Counted from the first letter of the stretch, positions 1-10,399 are shown. The stretch is DNA of 61,427 bases from Terriglobales bacterium (GCA_024281115.1 JAMXLI010000006.1:1-61427); one strand, 5' to 3'. The notes: generated by a model not told the origin, from the letters alone. Program-made: numbers and translations.

Positions 1-46
1 GCTGGATTTCCTGCTCGGTTGCCCCTTCCGACATGTTGACGATCAT
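1..46 (-). CDS. 5' end of a CDS that runs off the window (MIVNMSEGATEQEIQ...). May be an ACT/ferredoxin-like regulatory N-terminus as on some DAHP synthases.
   Basis: The reverse complement of 1-46 starts with ATG (44-46). GGAG lies 8 nt upstream (54-57). Only 15 codons are visible, so the function is a guess. Confidence 0.25.
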   Translation of the reverse strand, partial: MIVNMSEGATEQEIQ

Positions 47-83
47 TGCTTGGCTCCTCGTTGGTCCGCAAACCGCGCAGAAA

Positions 84-113
84 TAAAAAGCCGCGACCTC
101 GGAAGATCGCGGC
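84..113 (-). terminator. Rho-independent terminator downstream of ilvC
   Basis: The minus strand reads GCCGCGATC-TTCC-GAGGTCGCGGC followed by TTTTTAT. The stem is about 10 bp with a T-run. Confidence 0.6.
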
Positions 114-268
114 GGTTCCGGCTGAACTGTGGTGGGCAGCTAACTCATGTGGCTCGCCCGCGCACGCGCCCGGCGCCGCTTCTCGCCAAAGTAGAAGCGG
201 TAGGAGAAACGCCCGCTAAATCGGAGCGCGTGCATGGCGAACGAATATAGCTGGAAACTGCGGCGCAA

Positions 269-1303
269 TCAAGCCGGAACGGCAGTAGCCTTTTGTTTGA
301 CCTCCACCGGCTGGAGGAACTTCATCATGCCGCGAAGTTGCGCGCCCACCCGCTCCAGCACCTGTTCCTGCTCGCTCGCGCGCCGCGCCTCGAACCATTC
401 GCGCCCGGAACGGTTCTCCGCAATCCACTGCTTCGCGTAAGTGCCGTCCTGGATTTCGCGCAGCATCTGGCGCATGGTGGCGCGCGTTTGCTCGGTGATG
501 ACGCGCGGGCCGCCGGTGTAGTCGCCGTGCTCGGCGGTATCGCTCACCGAGTAGCGCATGTAGTTGAGCCCGCCCCGGTACATCAGGTCCACGATGAGCT
601 TCAGTTCGTGCAGGCATTCAAAGTAGGCAATTTCCGGCTGATACCCCGCTTGCACCAGGGTTTCAAAGCCCGCTTTCACCAGTTCGCTGACCCCACCGCA
701 GAGCACCGCCTGCTCGCCGAACAGGTCGGTTTCCGTTTCCTCGGCGAAGGTGGTCTCAATCACTCCCGCCCGGGTGGCGCCCAGCGCCTTGGCGTAAGAG
801 AGCGCCAGCGCTCTGGCTTTTCCGCTCGAGTCCTGGTGGATGGCCAGCAGCGCCGGTGTGCCGCCGCCTTCGACGAACACCTCGCGCACGCGGTGGCCCG
901 GCGCCTTGGGCGCGATCAGGCTCACGTCCACGTCCGGCGGGGAGGCAATCGTGCCGAAGCGAATGTTGAAGCCGTGCGCGAACATCAGGGTTTTTCCGGC
1001 ACTCAGGTGCGGCCGGATGTGTTGCGCATAGATTTCGGGCTGGCTGGTGTCCGGCGCGAGCACCATGACGACGTCGGCCCAGCGCGCCGCCTCCGCCACC
1101 GTGGTCACGCTCAGTCCGGCCGCCTGCGCGCGCGCCCGCGACGGGCTGAACTCGTGCAGGCCTACCTTCACGTTTACCCCGCTGTCCTTGAGGTTCAGCG
1201 CGTGCGCGTGGCCTTGGGAGCCGTACCCGATAATGGCCACCTTTTTTGTGCGAATCAGCGCCAGGTCAGCGGCGTCGTCGTGGTAAATCGTTGCCATAAT
1301 CAT
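269..1303 (-). CDS. ilvC: Ketol-acid reductoisomerase
   Basis: 344 aa. [22 protein letters not shown] is a Rossmann motif, and the protein is IlvC-like along its full length. It is the last gene of the ilv cluster. Confidence 0.97.
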   Translation of the reverse strand: MIMATIYHDDAADLALIRTKKVAIIGYGSQGHAHALNLKDSGVNVKVGLHEFSPSRARAQAAGLSVTTVAEAARWADVVMVLAPDTSQPEIYAQHIRPHLSAGKTLMFAHGFNIRFGTIASPPDVDVSLIAPKAPGHRVREVFVEGGGTPALLAIHQDSSGKARALALSYAKALGATRAGVIETTFAEETETDLFGEQAVLCGGVSELVKAGFETLVQAGYQPEIAYFECLHELKLIVDLMYRGGLNYMRYSVSDTAEHGDYTGGPRVITEQTRATMRQMLREIQDGTYAKQWIAENRSGREWFEARRASEQEQVLERVGAQLRGMMKFLQPVEVKQKATAVPA

Positions 1304-1322
1304 GCCTCGCTTTCATTGTCCT

Positions 1323-1874
1323 TCAGACGGAATAGGAAATTTCGCCGGCGGCCGCGGCTGCAGCCAGTCCGGAGGTAGGGCGTTCGCTCACGGCCGGGCG
1401 GTAACCCCGCCGCATGGCGACGCGCCCGGTGCGCACAATCTCCAGCACGCCGTAGGGCGCGAGCACCTGCAACAAGCCTTCAATCTTGTCTTCAGTGCCG
1501 GTAATTTCGACGATCATCGAGTCCGGCGAGACGTCGCTCACCTTGGCGCGGAACACGCGCACCAGGTCCATGATGTGCGAGCGCTCGGACGCGGTAGCCG
1601 CCACCCGCACCATGGCGAGTTCGCGGAAGACCGCCGGCTGCTCGGTCACGTTCTCCACCAGCAGCACGTTAATCAGCTTGTACAGGTGCGCCTCAATGCG
1701 GCGGGCGCCGAATTCGTCGGTGTCCACCACGATGGTCATGCGCGAGACGCCGGTTTTCTCGGTCGTGCCCACGGTCAGCGAGGTAATGTTGAAGGCGCGC
1801 CTCCGGAACAGCGAGGCCACGCGCGTCAGCACGCCCGGCTTGTCTTCCACGTACACCACGAAAGTGTTGAGCAT
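1323..1874 (-). CDS. ilvN: Acetolactate synthase small (regulatory) subunit
   Basis: 183 aa. The N-terminus VEDKPGVLTRVASLFRRRAFNITSLTVG matches an ACT domain. The gene sits between ilvB and ilvC. Confidence 0.95.
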   Translation of the reverse strand: MLNTFVVYVEDKPGVLTRVASLFRRRAFNITSLTVGTTEKTGVSRMTIVVDTDEFGARRIEAHLYKLINVLLVENVTEQPAVFRELAMVRVAATASERSHIMDLVRVFRAKVSDVSPDSMIVEITGTEDKIEGLLQVLAPYGVLEIVRTGRVAMRRGYRPAVSERPTSGLAAAAAAGEISYSV

Positions 1875-1880
1875 AGGTCC

Positions 1881-3605
1881 TTACCCGTCCTCGGCCGTTT
1901 CCACCAGCACGCTGGGCCGCCGAATCATCGCGTGCAGGTCCGCGCCCGCCGGTACCATGGGGTACACCGAATCTTCCTGCTCCACCTGGAAGTCGAGCAG
2001 TGCGGGTCCGTCGTGCTGGCGCGCCTGCTGGATGGCGGCCTCTACTTCCTGGCGCTGCCGCACGCGGGTGGCGCGCAGTCCGAAAGCCTCGGCGAGCTTG
2101 ACGAAATCCGGATTGAGCAGCGGGGTGGACTGGTAGTTGCGGTCGTAGAAGAATTCCTGCCACTGCCGCACCATTCCGAGATAGCCGTTGTTGATGACCG
2201 CGATGTGGATCTTCAGCTTCTCCTGTACCAGGGTGGCCAGCTCGGGCATGGTCATCTGGAAGCCGCCATCGCCCACCACCACCCACACCTCGGCCTGGGG
2301 GCGCGCCACCTTGGCGCCGATGGCTGCGGGCAACGCAAAGCCCATGGTGCCGAGACCTCCGGACGTGATGAGCGAGCGCGGCGATTCGTGGTGGTAATAC
2401 TGCGCCTCCCACATCTGGTGCTGGCCCACATCGGTGACGATGAGCGCCTGGCCCTGGGTCGCGCGCCACAGGTCATGGATCACGTGGGCGGCATACAGGT
2501 GGCCGCTGTCGGGCAGGTTCTGGATGTCACGCACCGAGGAGTCGCCTTTCAGCGCGCGCAGCCGCTCCAGCCACTCGCCGTGCTCGGCGCCCTGCAGATC
2601 GCGCAGCAGGTTGCGCAGGACCTGGCGAACGTCACCCACCAGGGCTACATCCACCTTCACGTTCTTGTTGATCTCCGAGGGATCAATGTCCACGTGGATT
2701 TTGCGGGCGCGCGCGGCATACGTCCTAAGGTTGCCGGTGACGCGGTCGTCGAAGCGCATGCCCAGCGCAATCAGCAGGTCGGCTTCCTGGATCATGGTGT
2801 TGACCCAGGCTTCGCCGTGCATGCCCATCATCCCCAGGTTCAGGGCATGGGAGGCGGGCAGCGCGCCCAGTCCGAGCAGCGTCAGCGCCACCGGAATGTG
2901 CGCGCGTTCGGCGAAGGCAAGCAGTTCGGCGCTGGCCTGCGCCACCAGGATTCCGTGCCCGGCGAGGATCACGGGCCGGCGCGCGCCGCGAATCAATTGC
3001 AGCGCCTGCTCGTACTCGGCGCCGCTGGGCGAGAGATCGGGCCGGTAGCCCGGGAGCTGGGGAGCGGCCGCTTCCCAGTCGAACTCGCAGGACGACTGCT
3101 GCGCGTCCTTGGTGATGTCAATGAGCACGGGCCCGGGCCGCCCCGACTGCGCGATATAAAAAGCTTCCCGCACGGTGCGGGCGATGTCGCCGGCGTGCGT
3201 CACCAGGTAGTTGTGCTTGGTGATGGGCAGTGTGATGCCGGTGATGTCGGTTTCCTGGAACGCGTCGGAGCCGATCAAGCGGCTGCCCACCTGCCCGGTG
3301 ATGCAGACGATGGGAGAGGAGTCCATCATGGCGGTGGCGATTCCGGTCACCATGTTGGTGGCTCCCGGCCCGGAGGTGGCGATGGCCACGCCAATGCCGC
3401 CGCTGGCCCGCGCGTACCCGTCGGCCATGTGGGTGGCGCCCTGCTCGTGCCGCACCAGCACGTGGTGAATTGCCGAGTGGCGCAAGGCATCGTAGGCGGG
3501 CAGGATGGCGCCCCCGGGATAGCCGAAGACGTGCCGTACGCCTTCGCGCTCCAGGCATTCCCACAGGATTGCCGCGCCCGTTTTCTTTTCCAGAGCCATG
3601 CTCAT
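1881..3605 (-). CDS. ilvB: Acetolactate synthase large (catalytic) subunit, ThDP-dependent
   Basis: 574 aa. Contains the ThDP motif GGLGTMGFALPAAIGAK...GDGGFQM and an AHAS-like N-terminus. Confidence 0.95.
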   Translation of the reverse strand: MSMALEKKTGAAILWECLEREGVRHVFGYPGGAILPAYDALRHSAIHHVLVRHEQGATHMADGYARASGGIGVAIATSGPGATNMVTGIATAMMDSSPIVCITGQVGSRLIGSDAFQETDITGITLPITKHNYLVTHAGDIARTVREAFYIAQSGRPGPVLIDITKDAQQSSCEFDWEAAAPQLPGYRPDLSPSGAEYEQALQLIRGARRPVILAGHGILVAQASAELLAFAERAHIPVALTLLGLGALPASHALNLGMMGMHGEAWVNTMIQEADLLIALGMRFDDRVTGNLRTYAARARKIHVDIDPSEINKNVKVDVALVGDVRQVLRNLLRDLQGAEHGEWLERLRALKGDSSVRDIQNLPDSGHLYAAHVIHDLWRATQGQALIVTDVGQHQMWEAQYYHHESPRSLITSGGLGTMGFALPAAIGAKVARPQAEVWVVVGDGGFQMTMPELATLVQEKLKIHIAVINNGYLGMVRQWQEFFYDRNYQSTPLLNPDFVKLAEAFGLRATRVRQRQEVEAAIQQARQHDGPALLDFQVEQEDSVYPMVPAGADLHAMIRRPSVLVETAEDG

Positions 3606-3620
3606 TTCTTCCTTGTGTCC

Positions 3621-5297
3621 TTACCCGGTGACGGCCCCGTGGGCAGCCGACGACACCTGGCGGGCGTATTTGGCGAATACGCCTCCGGGATAGCGCGGCG
3701 CGGGAGGCTTCCAGGCTTGCAGCCGTTCGGCGACCTGCGCGGGATCCACTTCCAGGCGTAACTGCCGGTGGGCGATATCGATGGCGATGCAATCGCCGTC
3801 GCGCACCACCGCGATAACGCCACCGCTGGCCGCCTCGGGCGCAATGTGGCCGATCATCAGCCCACGCGTCGCGCCGGAGAAGCGGCCATCGGTGATCAGC
3901 GCCACCGATTCTCCCAGTCCCGCTCCCGCCAGCGCCGCGGTCACCGCCAGCATCTCGCGCATCCCGGGACCGCCGCGCGGGCCTTCGTAGCGGATGAGGA
4001 TCACGTCGCCGGCGCGGATCTGGTTGCGCTCCAGCGCAGAGAACGCCGCTTCCTCGGAATCGAACACGCGCGCCGGTCCGCGGAAACCATCGCCATGGTG
4101 GTGCGCGATCTTGAGCACGCATCCTTCCAGGGCCAGGTTGCCGCGCAGGATGGCCAGGCCCCCGGTCGGGCTCAGCGGATTCGACAGCGGCCGTACGACT
4201 TCCTGGCCGGGCGTCTCGCTCGCGGACGCAGCCTCTTCCTCCAGCGTGCGCCCGGAAACGGTGCGGGCGCTGCCCTGCAGGCAGCCCGCCTCGCGCAGGC
4301 GCGCCGCCAGCAAGCGCGTTCCGCCGGCGTGGTACAGGTCGGTGGCCATGAAGCGGCCCGCGGGCTTCAAATCCGCCAACAGCGGAACTTGCCGGCTGAT
4401 GCGGTCGAAATCGTCCATGCCGAGCTCCACTCCGCGCTCCGCGGCGATGGCTAGCAGGTGCAGGACGGCATTGGTGGAGCCCCCCGAGGCGCAAACACTG
4501 GCGATTGCGTTCTCCAGGGCCGCCCGGGTGATGATGCCGCTGGGCCGCAGGTCGCTCCGGTACAGCTCCATCACCTGCGCTCCCGCCTGCCGGCACACTT
4601 CGTTTTTGCGCTCGCAGGCGGCAGGCACGCTGGCGCTGCCCATGGGGGAGATGCCCAAAAACTCGCCCACCATCGCCATCGTATTGGCGGTGAACTGGCC
4701 GCCGCAGGCGCCGGCGCCGGGACAGGCCGCGTCTTCCAGCTCCGCCAGCTCGGCATCGCTCATCGCCCCGCGAGCGTGCGCTCCCACCGCCTCGAAAACG
4801 TCCTGGATGGAAACGTGCTTGCCCCGGAATTGCCCCGGCGCAATCGACCCTCCATAGATCATGAGGGAAGGTATGTCCAGCCGGCAGAGCGCCATGATGG
4901 TCCCGGGCAGGGTCTTATCGCAGCCGGCCAGCGCCACCATGCCGTCGAAGCAGTTGCCCCGGCCCACCAGCTCAATGGAGTCGGCGATGATTTCGCGGCT
5001 CACCAGGGAAGCGCGCATGCCCTCGGTCCCCATGGTGATCCCGTCGGAAATGGAAACGGTGTTGAATTCGAGCGGTGTGCCGCCCGCCTCGCGCACGCCC
5101 CGCTTGATGTGTTCGGCGAGCTCGCGCAGATGAAGATTGCAGGGCCCGATTTCCGTCCAGGTGTTGGCAATGCCGATCAGCGGTTTCTCCAGGTCGGCGC
5201 GGCTGAAGCCGGCGGCGTGCAGCATGGCGCGCGCGGGCGCGCGGCGATTGCCCTCCACCAGCACAGCGCTGCGTTTTGGCGACCTTTCCGGGGGCAT
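3621..5297 (-). CDS. ilvD: Dihydroxy-acid dehydratase
   Basis: 558 aa. Contains IlvD/Edd signatures: [17 protein letters not shown] and [11 protein letters not shown]. Confidence 0.95.
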   Translation of the reverse strand: MPPERSPKRSAVLVEGNRRAPARAMLHAAGFSRADLEKPLIGIANTWTEIGPCNLHLRELAEHIKRGVREAGGTPLEFNTVSISDGITMGTEGMRASLVSREIIADSIELVGRGNCFDGMVALAGCDKTLPGTIMALCRLDIPSLMIYGGSIAPGQFRGKHVSIQDVFEAVGAHARGAMSDAELAELEDAACPGAGACGGQFTANTMAMVGEFLGISPMGSASVPAACERKNEVCRQAGAQVMELYRSDLRPSGIITRAALENAIASVCASGGSTNAVLHLLAIAAERGVELGMDDFDRISRQVPLLADLKPAGRFMATDLYHAGGTRLLAARLREAGCLQGSARTVSGRTLEEEAASASETPGQEVVRPLSNPLSPTGGLAILRGNLALEGCVLKIAHHHGDGFRGPARVFDSEEAAFSALERNQIRAGDVILIRYEGPRGGPGMREMLAVTAALAGAGLGESVALITDGRFSGATRGLMIGHIAPEAASGGVIAVVRDGDCIAIDIAHRQLRLEVDPAQVAERLQAWKPPAPRYPGGVFAKYARQVSSAAHGAVTG

Positions 5298-5308
5298 CTG
5301 GGCAGCAA

Positions 5309-5328
5309 CCTTCTTCGGGCAAAGAAGG
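5309..5328 (-). promoter_or_regulatory. Hairpin in the ilvD 5' UTR that includes the Shine-Dalgarno sequence
   Basis: The minus strand reads CCTTCTT-TGCCCG-AAGAAGG. The 3' arm (GAAGG) lies 11 nt upstream of the ilvD ATG at 5297. Confidence 0.25.
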
Positions 5329-5478
5329 CATCATTGCGCAATCCGGGAGAATCAGTCAATCTTATTATTGTTTCTACTTCGATTAGTATTGCTTATGGAA
5401 TCACCCGCGGTTTACGGCCTGGCTCGCTTATACTGGCCGCGCGCGGTTCTCGCCCGCCCGCGCCGGCGGCGAATTTTC

Positions 5479-5868
5479 ATGCTCAAGTCCGGCATTCTCA
5501 ATCCGGCGATCAACGCGCTGCTCAGCCGTGTCCGCCACACCAACACCCTGGTGATCGCCGACCGCGGCTTTCCCTCCTGGCGCGAGATCGAGATCGTCGA
5601 TATCTCCCTGGTGGATGACATCCCCCGCGTGCTGGAGGTGTTGCGTGCGCTGCGCGCCAACTTCACCATCGGACACGCCTACATGGCGGAACAGTTCCGC
5701 TCCAGCAACGATGACGCCACCCGTCGCGCCTTTGAGGAGGCGCTGAGCGGCATTCCCGTGTCCTTTGAGCCTCACGAACACTTCAAGCGTCGCGTCCCCC
5801 AGGCGGTGGGGCTGATCCGCACCGGAGATTCCATTCCGTACGCCAACATGATCCTGGAGTCGGCCTAG
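5479..5868 (+). CDS. fucU: L-fucose mutarotase (RbsD/FucU family)
   Basis: 129 aa starting MLKSGILNPAINALLSRVRHTNTLVIADRGFP, which matches the FucU/RbsD N-terminus. ATG at 5479 is in frame with track ORF 5137..5868. Its stop overlaps the fucP start (TAGTG). Confidence 0.8.
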   Translation: MLKSGILNPAINALLSRVRHTNTLVIADRGFPSWREIEIVDISLVDDIPRVLEVLRALRANFTIGHAYMAEQFRSSNDDATRRAFEEALSGIPVSFEPHEHFKRRVPQAVGLIRTGDSIPYANMILESA

Positions 5869-7169
5869 TGCCTTCCGGCCATAAACTGCTGGCCCGCGAA
5901 CACCTGGCGGCGTTCGTGCTGGTGACTGCCCTGTTCTTTTTGTGGGGGATCCCCAACAACCTCAACGATGTGCTGATCAAGCAGTTCATGAAGTCATTCG
6001 AGATCACCCGGCTGAAGGCCGGGCTGGTGCAATCGGCCTTCTACTTCGGATACTTCGTGCTTTCCCTGCCGGCAGCGCTGACCATGCGCCGTTTCGGCTA
6101 CAAGACCGGCCTGGTGACCGGCTTATTTCTTTACAGCGCGGGCACGCTGCTGTTCTGGCCGGCGGCGCTGATCCGCAGCTATAGCTTCTTTCTCTTCGCG
6201 CTTTTCGTGATCGCCAGCGGGCTGGCGTTCCTGGAGACGGGGGCGAATTCCTTCATCGCGCAGCTGGGCGATCCCGCCAGCTCGGAACGGCGGCTCAATC
6301 TCGCCCAGGCATTCAACCCGCTGGGCTCGATTGCGGGAGTGCTGATCGGCACGGCATTCATTTTTTCCGGGGTGGAGCTCACGGCCGGCCAGGTGAATGG
6401 GCTCAAAGCCAGCGGCGCCTATGACGCTTATTTGCAGCATGAAACCGTGCGCGTCATCCGCCCCTACCTCGCCTTGGGCTGCGCCGTGCTGCTGTGGGCC
6501 CTCCTCATACTGCGTACGAAATTTCCCTCCGTCGGCTACGAGGGAACCTCAGCCGCGAGGCGGGCGGGAAATTTCGCTGAACTATTTCGCCATTCCCACT
6601 TCGTCCAGGCCGTCATCGCGCAGTTCTTCTACGTGGGCGCGCAGGTGGGTACCTGGAGTTACTTCATCCAATACGTGCAGGACTACGTTCACCAGCCGGA
6701 GAAAGTGGCCGGCTACTTTTTGACCGGGACTCTGGTGGCCTTCGGAGTGGGAAGATTTACCGCTACGTATCTGATGAAGTTTGTCGCGCCCAATCGCCTG
6801 ATGGGCAGCTACGCGCTGATCAACATCGGGCTGGTGGGGCTGGCGGTGCTGTTTCCAGGATGGACCGGCGTGTGGGCGATTTTTCTTACCAGCTTCTTCA
6901 TGTCGCTGATGTTCCCCACCATTTTCGCGCTGGGGTTGAAAGGTCTGGGTCCCCAAACCAAGCTGGGCGGATCCCTGATCGTGATGGCGATCATCGGAGG
7001 GGCGGTATTCACGCCGCTGATGGGCCTGGTGTTTGAGATCACGCGCAGCATGGCGCTCGCGATGCTGGTCCCGCTGGCCTGCTACGTCTTTATCGCCTAC
7101 TTTGCCTGGATCGGCTCCGCCGTGCGGCTCCCCGCCCGCATGGCTACGCCCTCGGTTGAATCGGCTTGA
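5868..7169 (+). CDS. fucP: L-fucose:H+ symporter permease (MFS)
   Basis: 433 aa with 12 predicted TM helices. Contains the FucP signature FFLWGIPNNLNDVLIKQFMKSFEITRLKAGLVQSAFYFGYF. Confidence 0.9.
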   Translation: MPSGHKLLAREHLAAFVLVTALFFLWGIPNNLNDVLIKQFMKSFEITRLKAGLVQSAFYFGYFVLSLPAALTMRRFGYKTGLVTGLFLYSAGTLLFWPAALIRSYSFFLFALFVIASGLAFLETGANSFIAQLGDPASSERRLNLAQAFNPLGSIAGVLIGTAFIFSGVELTAGQVNGLKASGAYDAYLQHETVRVIRPYLALGCAVLLWALLILRTKFPSVGYEGTSAARRAGNFAELFRHSHFVQAVIAQFFYVGAQVGTWSYFIQYVQDYVHQPEKVAGYFLTGTLVAFGVGRFTATYLMKFVAPNRLMGSYALINIGLVGLAVLFPGWTGVWAIFLTSFFMSLMFPTIFALGLKGLGPQTKLGGSLIVMAIIGGAVFTPLMGLVFEITRSMALAMLVPLACYVFIAYFAWIGSAVRLPARMATPSVESA

Positions 7170-7171
7170 GC

Positions 7172-10100
7172 ATGCCCGGCCCAGCGCAACCCTGGGACTA
7201 CCTGATCCTCACCGCCGCCCACCCACGCCAGGCCGCCGCCTACTCCGAGCAATTGCGGCTGCGCTGCGACCTGGGACGCTTGCCGCAGGTGCGCCAATGG
7301 TTGTGCGTGCCCGATCCTGAGGGGCAGCGCATCGGTAGCGGCGGCAGCACCCTCGAATGCCTGCGGGACGTGGTGACGCGGGAACTGCTGGCGGGCGCCG
7401 GAAACGCGGGACAGGTGGAGGAAGTCTTCCGGCGAAAGCGCATCCTGATTGTCCACGCGGGCGGCGACTCGCGCCGCTTGCCCGCGTACTCAGCCCTGGG
7501 GAAGATTTTTGTTCCTCTGCCGGGAGACGATTCGTCGGCGCTGCCGCTCACCCTGTTTGACCAACTGGTGCCTCGTTTCCTGGCGCTGCCTTCAACGCAA
7601 CTGGAAGCCGGCCAGATCGTTGTCGCCACGGGTGACGCGCTCATTGAATTCAATCCGGAAGCACTCGACCTGGCCCGGCCCGGCATCAACGTGCTCGCTG
7701 CATATTCCGCGCCGGAAGAGGCTGCCAGGCACGGCGTGTTCTGCGCGGGAGCAGACCGGCAGCTGCGCCTTTATCTGCAGAAGCCCGCTCCCGAGCGGCA
7801 ACGCCAAGCCGGTGCGCTCGACAAGGAGGGCCGCGCCGCGCTCGACCTCGGGGTCATGAGCTTCGATGCGGCTACGGCGCTCCGCTTGCTCCGGGCGTTC
7901 TGCCATCGCGCCGACGACCAGGCTGGGCAGGGAAGCCCTCTGGTCTGGGACCAGGATGCGCTCGCAATTATGCGCACGCGCGGCCTCGATCTTTACCGCG
8001 AAATCTCGTGCGCATTGGGAAGCGAGGCGAACCTGGAGCACTATGCTTACTCCCTGAGCGCCGCCGGGAGCAGCTTGATCAGCCCCGAACTGCTGCGCAA
8101 GTGGTTCGCCGCACTCAACCCTATCCCTGTAAGCGTGCACCTCGTCGATCCTTGCCGCTTTCTGCACTTTGGAACTACTCGCCAGCTCATCAGCAGCGGC
8201 CAGGCGTCGGACGAGGAGGGCGCGCGCGGCCGCCGCGCCGTCATCGTCAACTGCGAGGTGACGGGCGACGGAGAGGTAAAAGGAACCGACGCCTGGCTGG
8301 AGGGGTGCCGCGTGCACGCGCCGCTCGCGCTGCCGGGGCAGAATGTTGTTATCGGGCTGGATGTGGACGTCCCGCTGCAGCTTCCCGCCGGCTCCTGCCT
8401 GGATGTAACACCCGGCCTGTCGCGAACCGGCCAACCGATCTTTTTTGTCCGCTGCTGCGGGGTGGATGACGACTTCAAGCAATCGCTCGCGGGCGATGCA
8501 AGGTTCTGCGGAATCGAGCTGGACGAATGGATGCGGAACGCCGGCGTTACACCGGAGCAGACCTGGCCGGCAGATATTGCGGCGGGCGAGCGCTCCTTGT
8601 GGAACGCGCGCCTGTTTCCCGCCGAAACTCGCCCGGAAGACTTTCTGCGCTGGTTGTGGATGTGGGACGTGGTCCGCGCCACCCCCGGCGACAAGCGGGC
8701 CTACGCCGCAGCGGACCGCTACAGCTGCGCGGAAATCGCCCTGCTCGCCGACAACGAACAGTTTCACCGCCGCCGCTATGCCATACGCGCACGCCACATC
8801 CGCCGCCGCGGCTCCTCCATGTTTGCGGTTTCCAGCGGTTTCTCCGCGCGCGACCTGGCGTTCGCGCTGGAACATGCGGAAGACCGGGCCGGAATGGCCG
8901 CCGATGTTTTCGCCTTGGCCGCTCCCGCGCAACCTGACCGGCGTGGAGAGGGCGACGCCCTCACGCGCTGCCGGATTGCGCATTCGCTGGCCGCGGCGTT
9001 GCGGCTGCTGGCCGCGCGCTCCATCGAAATCGATCTTCCCCGTGGCGCGCTTTCCATTCCCGATCCTGGAGACGCTTCGCCCGGGATGCCGGACGATCCT
9101 CCCGCTCGCTTGCGCCGCTACGCCTTCGAGCTTTTGGCGCAGGCGATCGTCGGCGGAGCCGCTGAGCCTGTGCCCATTCCTCGCCGCTCCTTGCGGCCGG
9201 ACGAATGCGTTTGGGGGCGCGCGCCGGCGCGCATTGAGTTAGGCGGCGGCTGGACGGATACGCCCCCTTACACGCTGGAATTCGGCGGGCATGTCACCAA
9301 TGTGGCCATCAATCTGAATGGGCAGCCTCCCATTCATTGTTACGCTCGAATCACCCCCGATCCCGTGGTTCGCCTGCACTCCACCGATTCCGGCCGGCAC
9401 CTGGAAATCACGCGACTGGAGCAGTTGCTGGACTACCGCAGGCCGGGTGATCCCTTTGCGCTAGCCAAGGCTGCCCTGGCCCTTTCCGGCTTCTCCCCGG
9501 ATTTCGCCCCCTGGCCGGCGGGCGCGACGCTGCCAACCATGCTGGCGGAATTCGGCGGCGGCATCGAGCTGACGACGCTGGTTGGAATCCCCCAGGGCAG
9601 CGGCCTGGGAACCTCGAGCATCCTGGGCGCGGTCATTCTGGCGGTGGTACAGCGCATGTGCGGAAGAGAGTTCCGCCGGCGCGAGTTGTTTCACGACGTG
9701 CTTCGGCTGGAGCAGGCGCTCACCACCGGCGGCGGCTGGCAGGACCAGGTGGGCGGATGCGTGGGCGGCTGCAAGATTACCGCGACCTTGCCCGGCCTCG
9801 TCCCAGATCCGGTGATGGAAGCGCTGCCCAGCACCGTTCTCGATCCCCAGACCAATGGCGGATGCACGCTGCTCTACTACACGGGACTCACCCGCCTGGC
9901 CAAGAACATCCTGCAGGAAATTGTGGGCGCCTGCCTGGACCGCGAACCTGCCATCATGACTGCCCTGGCACAAGAGCACGAGGTGGCGCAGGCCATAGCG
10001 GGGGCCTTGCGCCAGAACGACATGGCCGGGTTGGGCGCGGGGCTGGATGCCGCCTGGGAGTTGCAGAAGCGCCTGTGCGGCGTGGTGACTAATCCGGAGA

Positions 10101-10309
10101 TTGAATCGCTGCTGCGACGGGTACGCCCGCACGTGCACGGCATGCGGATTTCCGGGGCAGGCAGCGGCGGCTTTCTGCTGCTGGTCTGCAAGTCACCGCA
10201 GGATGCCGGCGAGGTGCGCGCGCGCCTCGAGCAGGAGCCGCTCAACCCGCGCGCGCGTTTTTTCGAATTCAGCGTCAATCACGCCGGGCTGGAAGTCACC
10301 GCCTGCTGA
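7172..10309 (+). CDS. fkp: Bifunctional L-fucokinase / fucose-1-phosphate guanylyltransferase (Fkp-like)
   Basis: About 1045 aa. The N-terminus is a nucleotidyltransferase-like fucokinase domain. The C-terminus is a GHMP kinase (GGGWTDTPPY, PQGSGLGTSSILGA, GAGSGGF). ATG at 7172 is preferred over the in-frame TTG at 7166. Confidence 0.85.
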   Translation: MPGPAQPWDYLILTAAHPRQAAAYSEQLRLRCDLGRLPQVRQWLCVPDPEGQRIGSGGSTLECLRDVVTRELLAGAGNAGQVEEVFRRKRILIVHAGGDSRRLPAYSALGKIFVPLPGDDSSALPLTLFDQLVPRFLALPSTQLEAGQIVVATGDALIEFNPEALDLARPGINVLAAYSAPEEAARHGVFCAGADRQLRLYLQKPAPERQRQAGALDKEGRAALDLGVMSFDAATALRLLRAFCHRADDQAGQGSPLVWDQDALAIMRTRGLDLYREISCALGSEANLEHYAYSLSAAGSSLISPELLRKWFAALNPIPVSVHLVDPCRFLHFGTTRQLISSGQASDEEGARGRRAVIVNCEVTGDGEVKGTDAWLEGCRVHAPLALPGQNVVIGLDVDVPLQLPAGSCLDVTPGLSRTGQPIFFVRCCGVDDDFKQSLAGDARFCGIELDEWMRNAGVTPEQTWPADIAAGERSLWNARLFPAETRPEDFLRWLWMWDVVRATPGDKRAYAAADRYSCAEIALLADNEQFHRRRYAIRARHIRRRGSSMFAVSSGFSARDLAFALEHAEDRAGMAADVFALAAPAQPDRRGEGDALTRCRIAHSLAAALRLLAARSIEIDLPRGALSIPDPGDASPGMPDDPPARLRRYAFELLAQAIVGGAAEPVPIPRRSLRPDECVWGRAPARIELGGGWTDTPPYTLEFGGHVTNVAINLNGQPPIHCYARITPDPVVRLHSTDSGRHLEITRLEQLLDYRRPGDPFALAKAALALSGFSPDFAPWPAGATLPTMLAEFGGGIELTTLVGIPQGSGLGTSSILGAVILAVVQRMCGREFRRRELFHDVLRLEQALTTGGGWQDQVGGCVGGCKITATLPGLVPDPVMEALPSTVLDPQTNGGCTLLYYTGLTRLAKNILQEIVGACLDREPAIMTALAQEHEVAQAIAGALRQNDMAGLGAGLDAAWELQKRLCGVVTNPEIESLLRRVRPHVHGMRISGAGSGGFLLLVCKSPQDAGEVRARLEQEPLNPRARFFEFSVNHAGLEVTAC

Positions 10310-10356
10310 GCCGGCAGCCGCAACCCTGGTGGGGGGAGTGTTGGATCGTTATTCAC

Positions 10357-10385
10357 TTGACTTGTTGAACAGTTGAATGTACTTT
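10357..10385 (+). promoter_or_regulatory. Sigma70-like promoter candidate for the GntR gene
   Basis: TTGACT (10357-62), a 17-nt spacer, then TACTTT (10380-85), in a locally AT-rich stretch. Confidence 0.35.
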
Positions 10386-10399
10386 GGCGCCCCCAAAGT
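10381..10399. promoter_or_regulatory. Inverted repeat (candidate GntR operator) overlapping the -10 element and transcription start
   Basis: ACTTTGG-CGCCC-CCAAAGT, with perfect 7-bp arms. It ends 7 nt before the ATG at 10406. Confidence 0.3.

Noticed and set aside
293-3761. Long plus-strand ORFs (293..1378, 1302..3761) covering the ilvC/ilvN/ilvB region
   Set aside because: They are antisense shadows of clearly recognisable ilv genes in high-GC DNA. The translations are Arg/Gly/His/Ala-rich with no motifs.
3118-4596. 492-aa minus-strand ORF overlapping ilvB and ilvD out of frame
   Set aside because: It is an out-of-frame overlap of two bona fide genes. Its Arg/Pro/Gly-rich composition is typical of off-frame high-GC ORFs.
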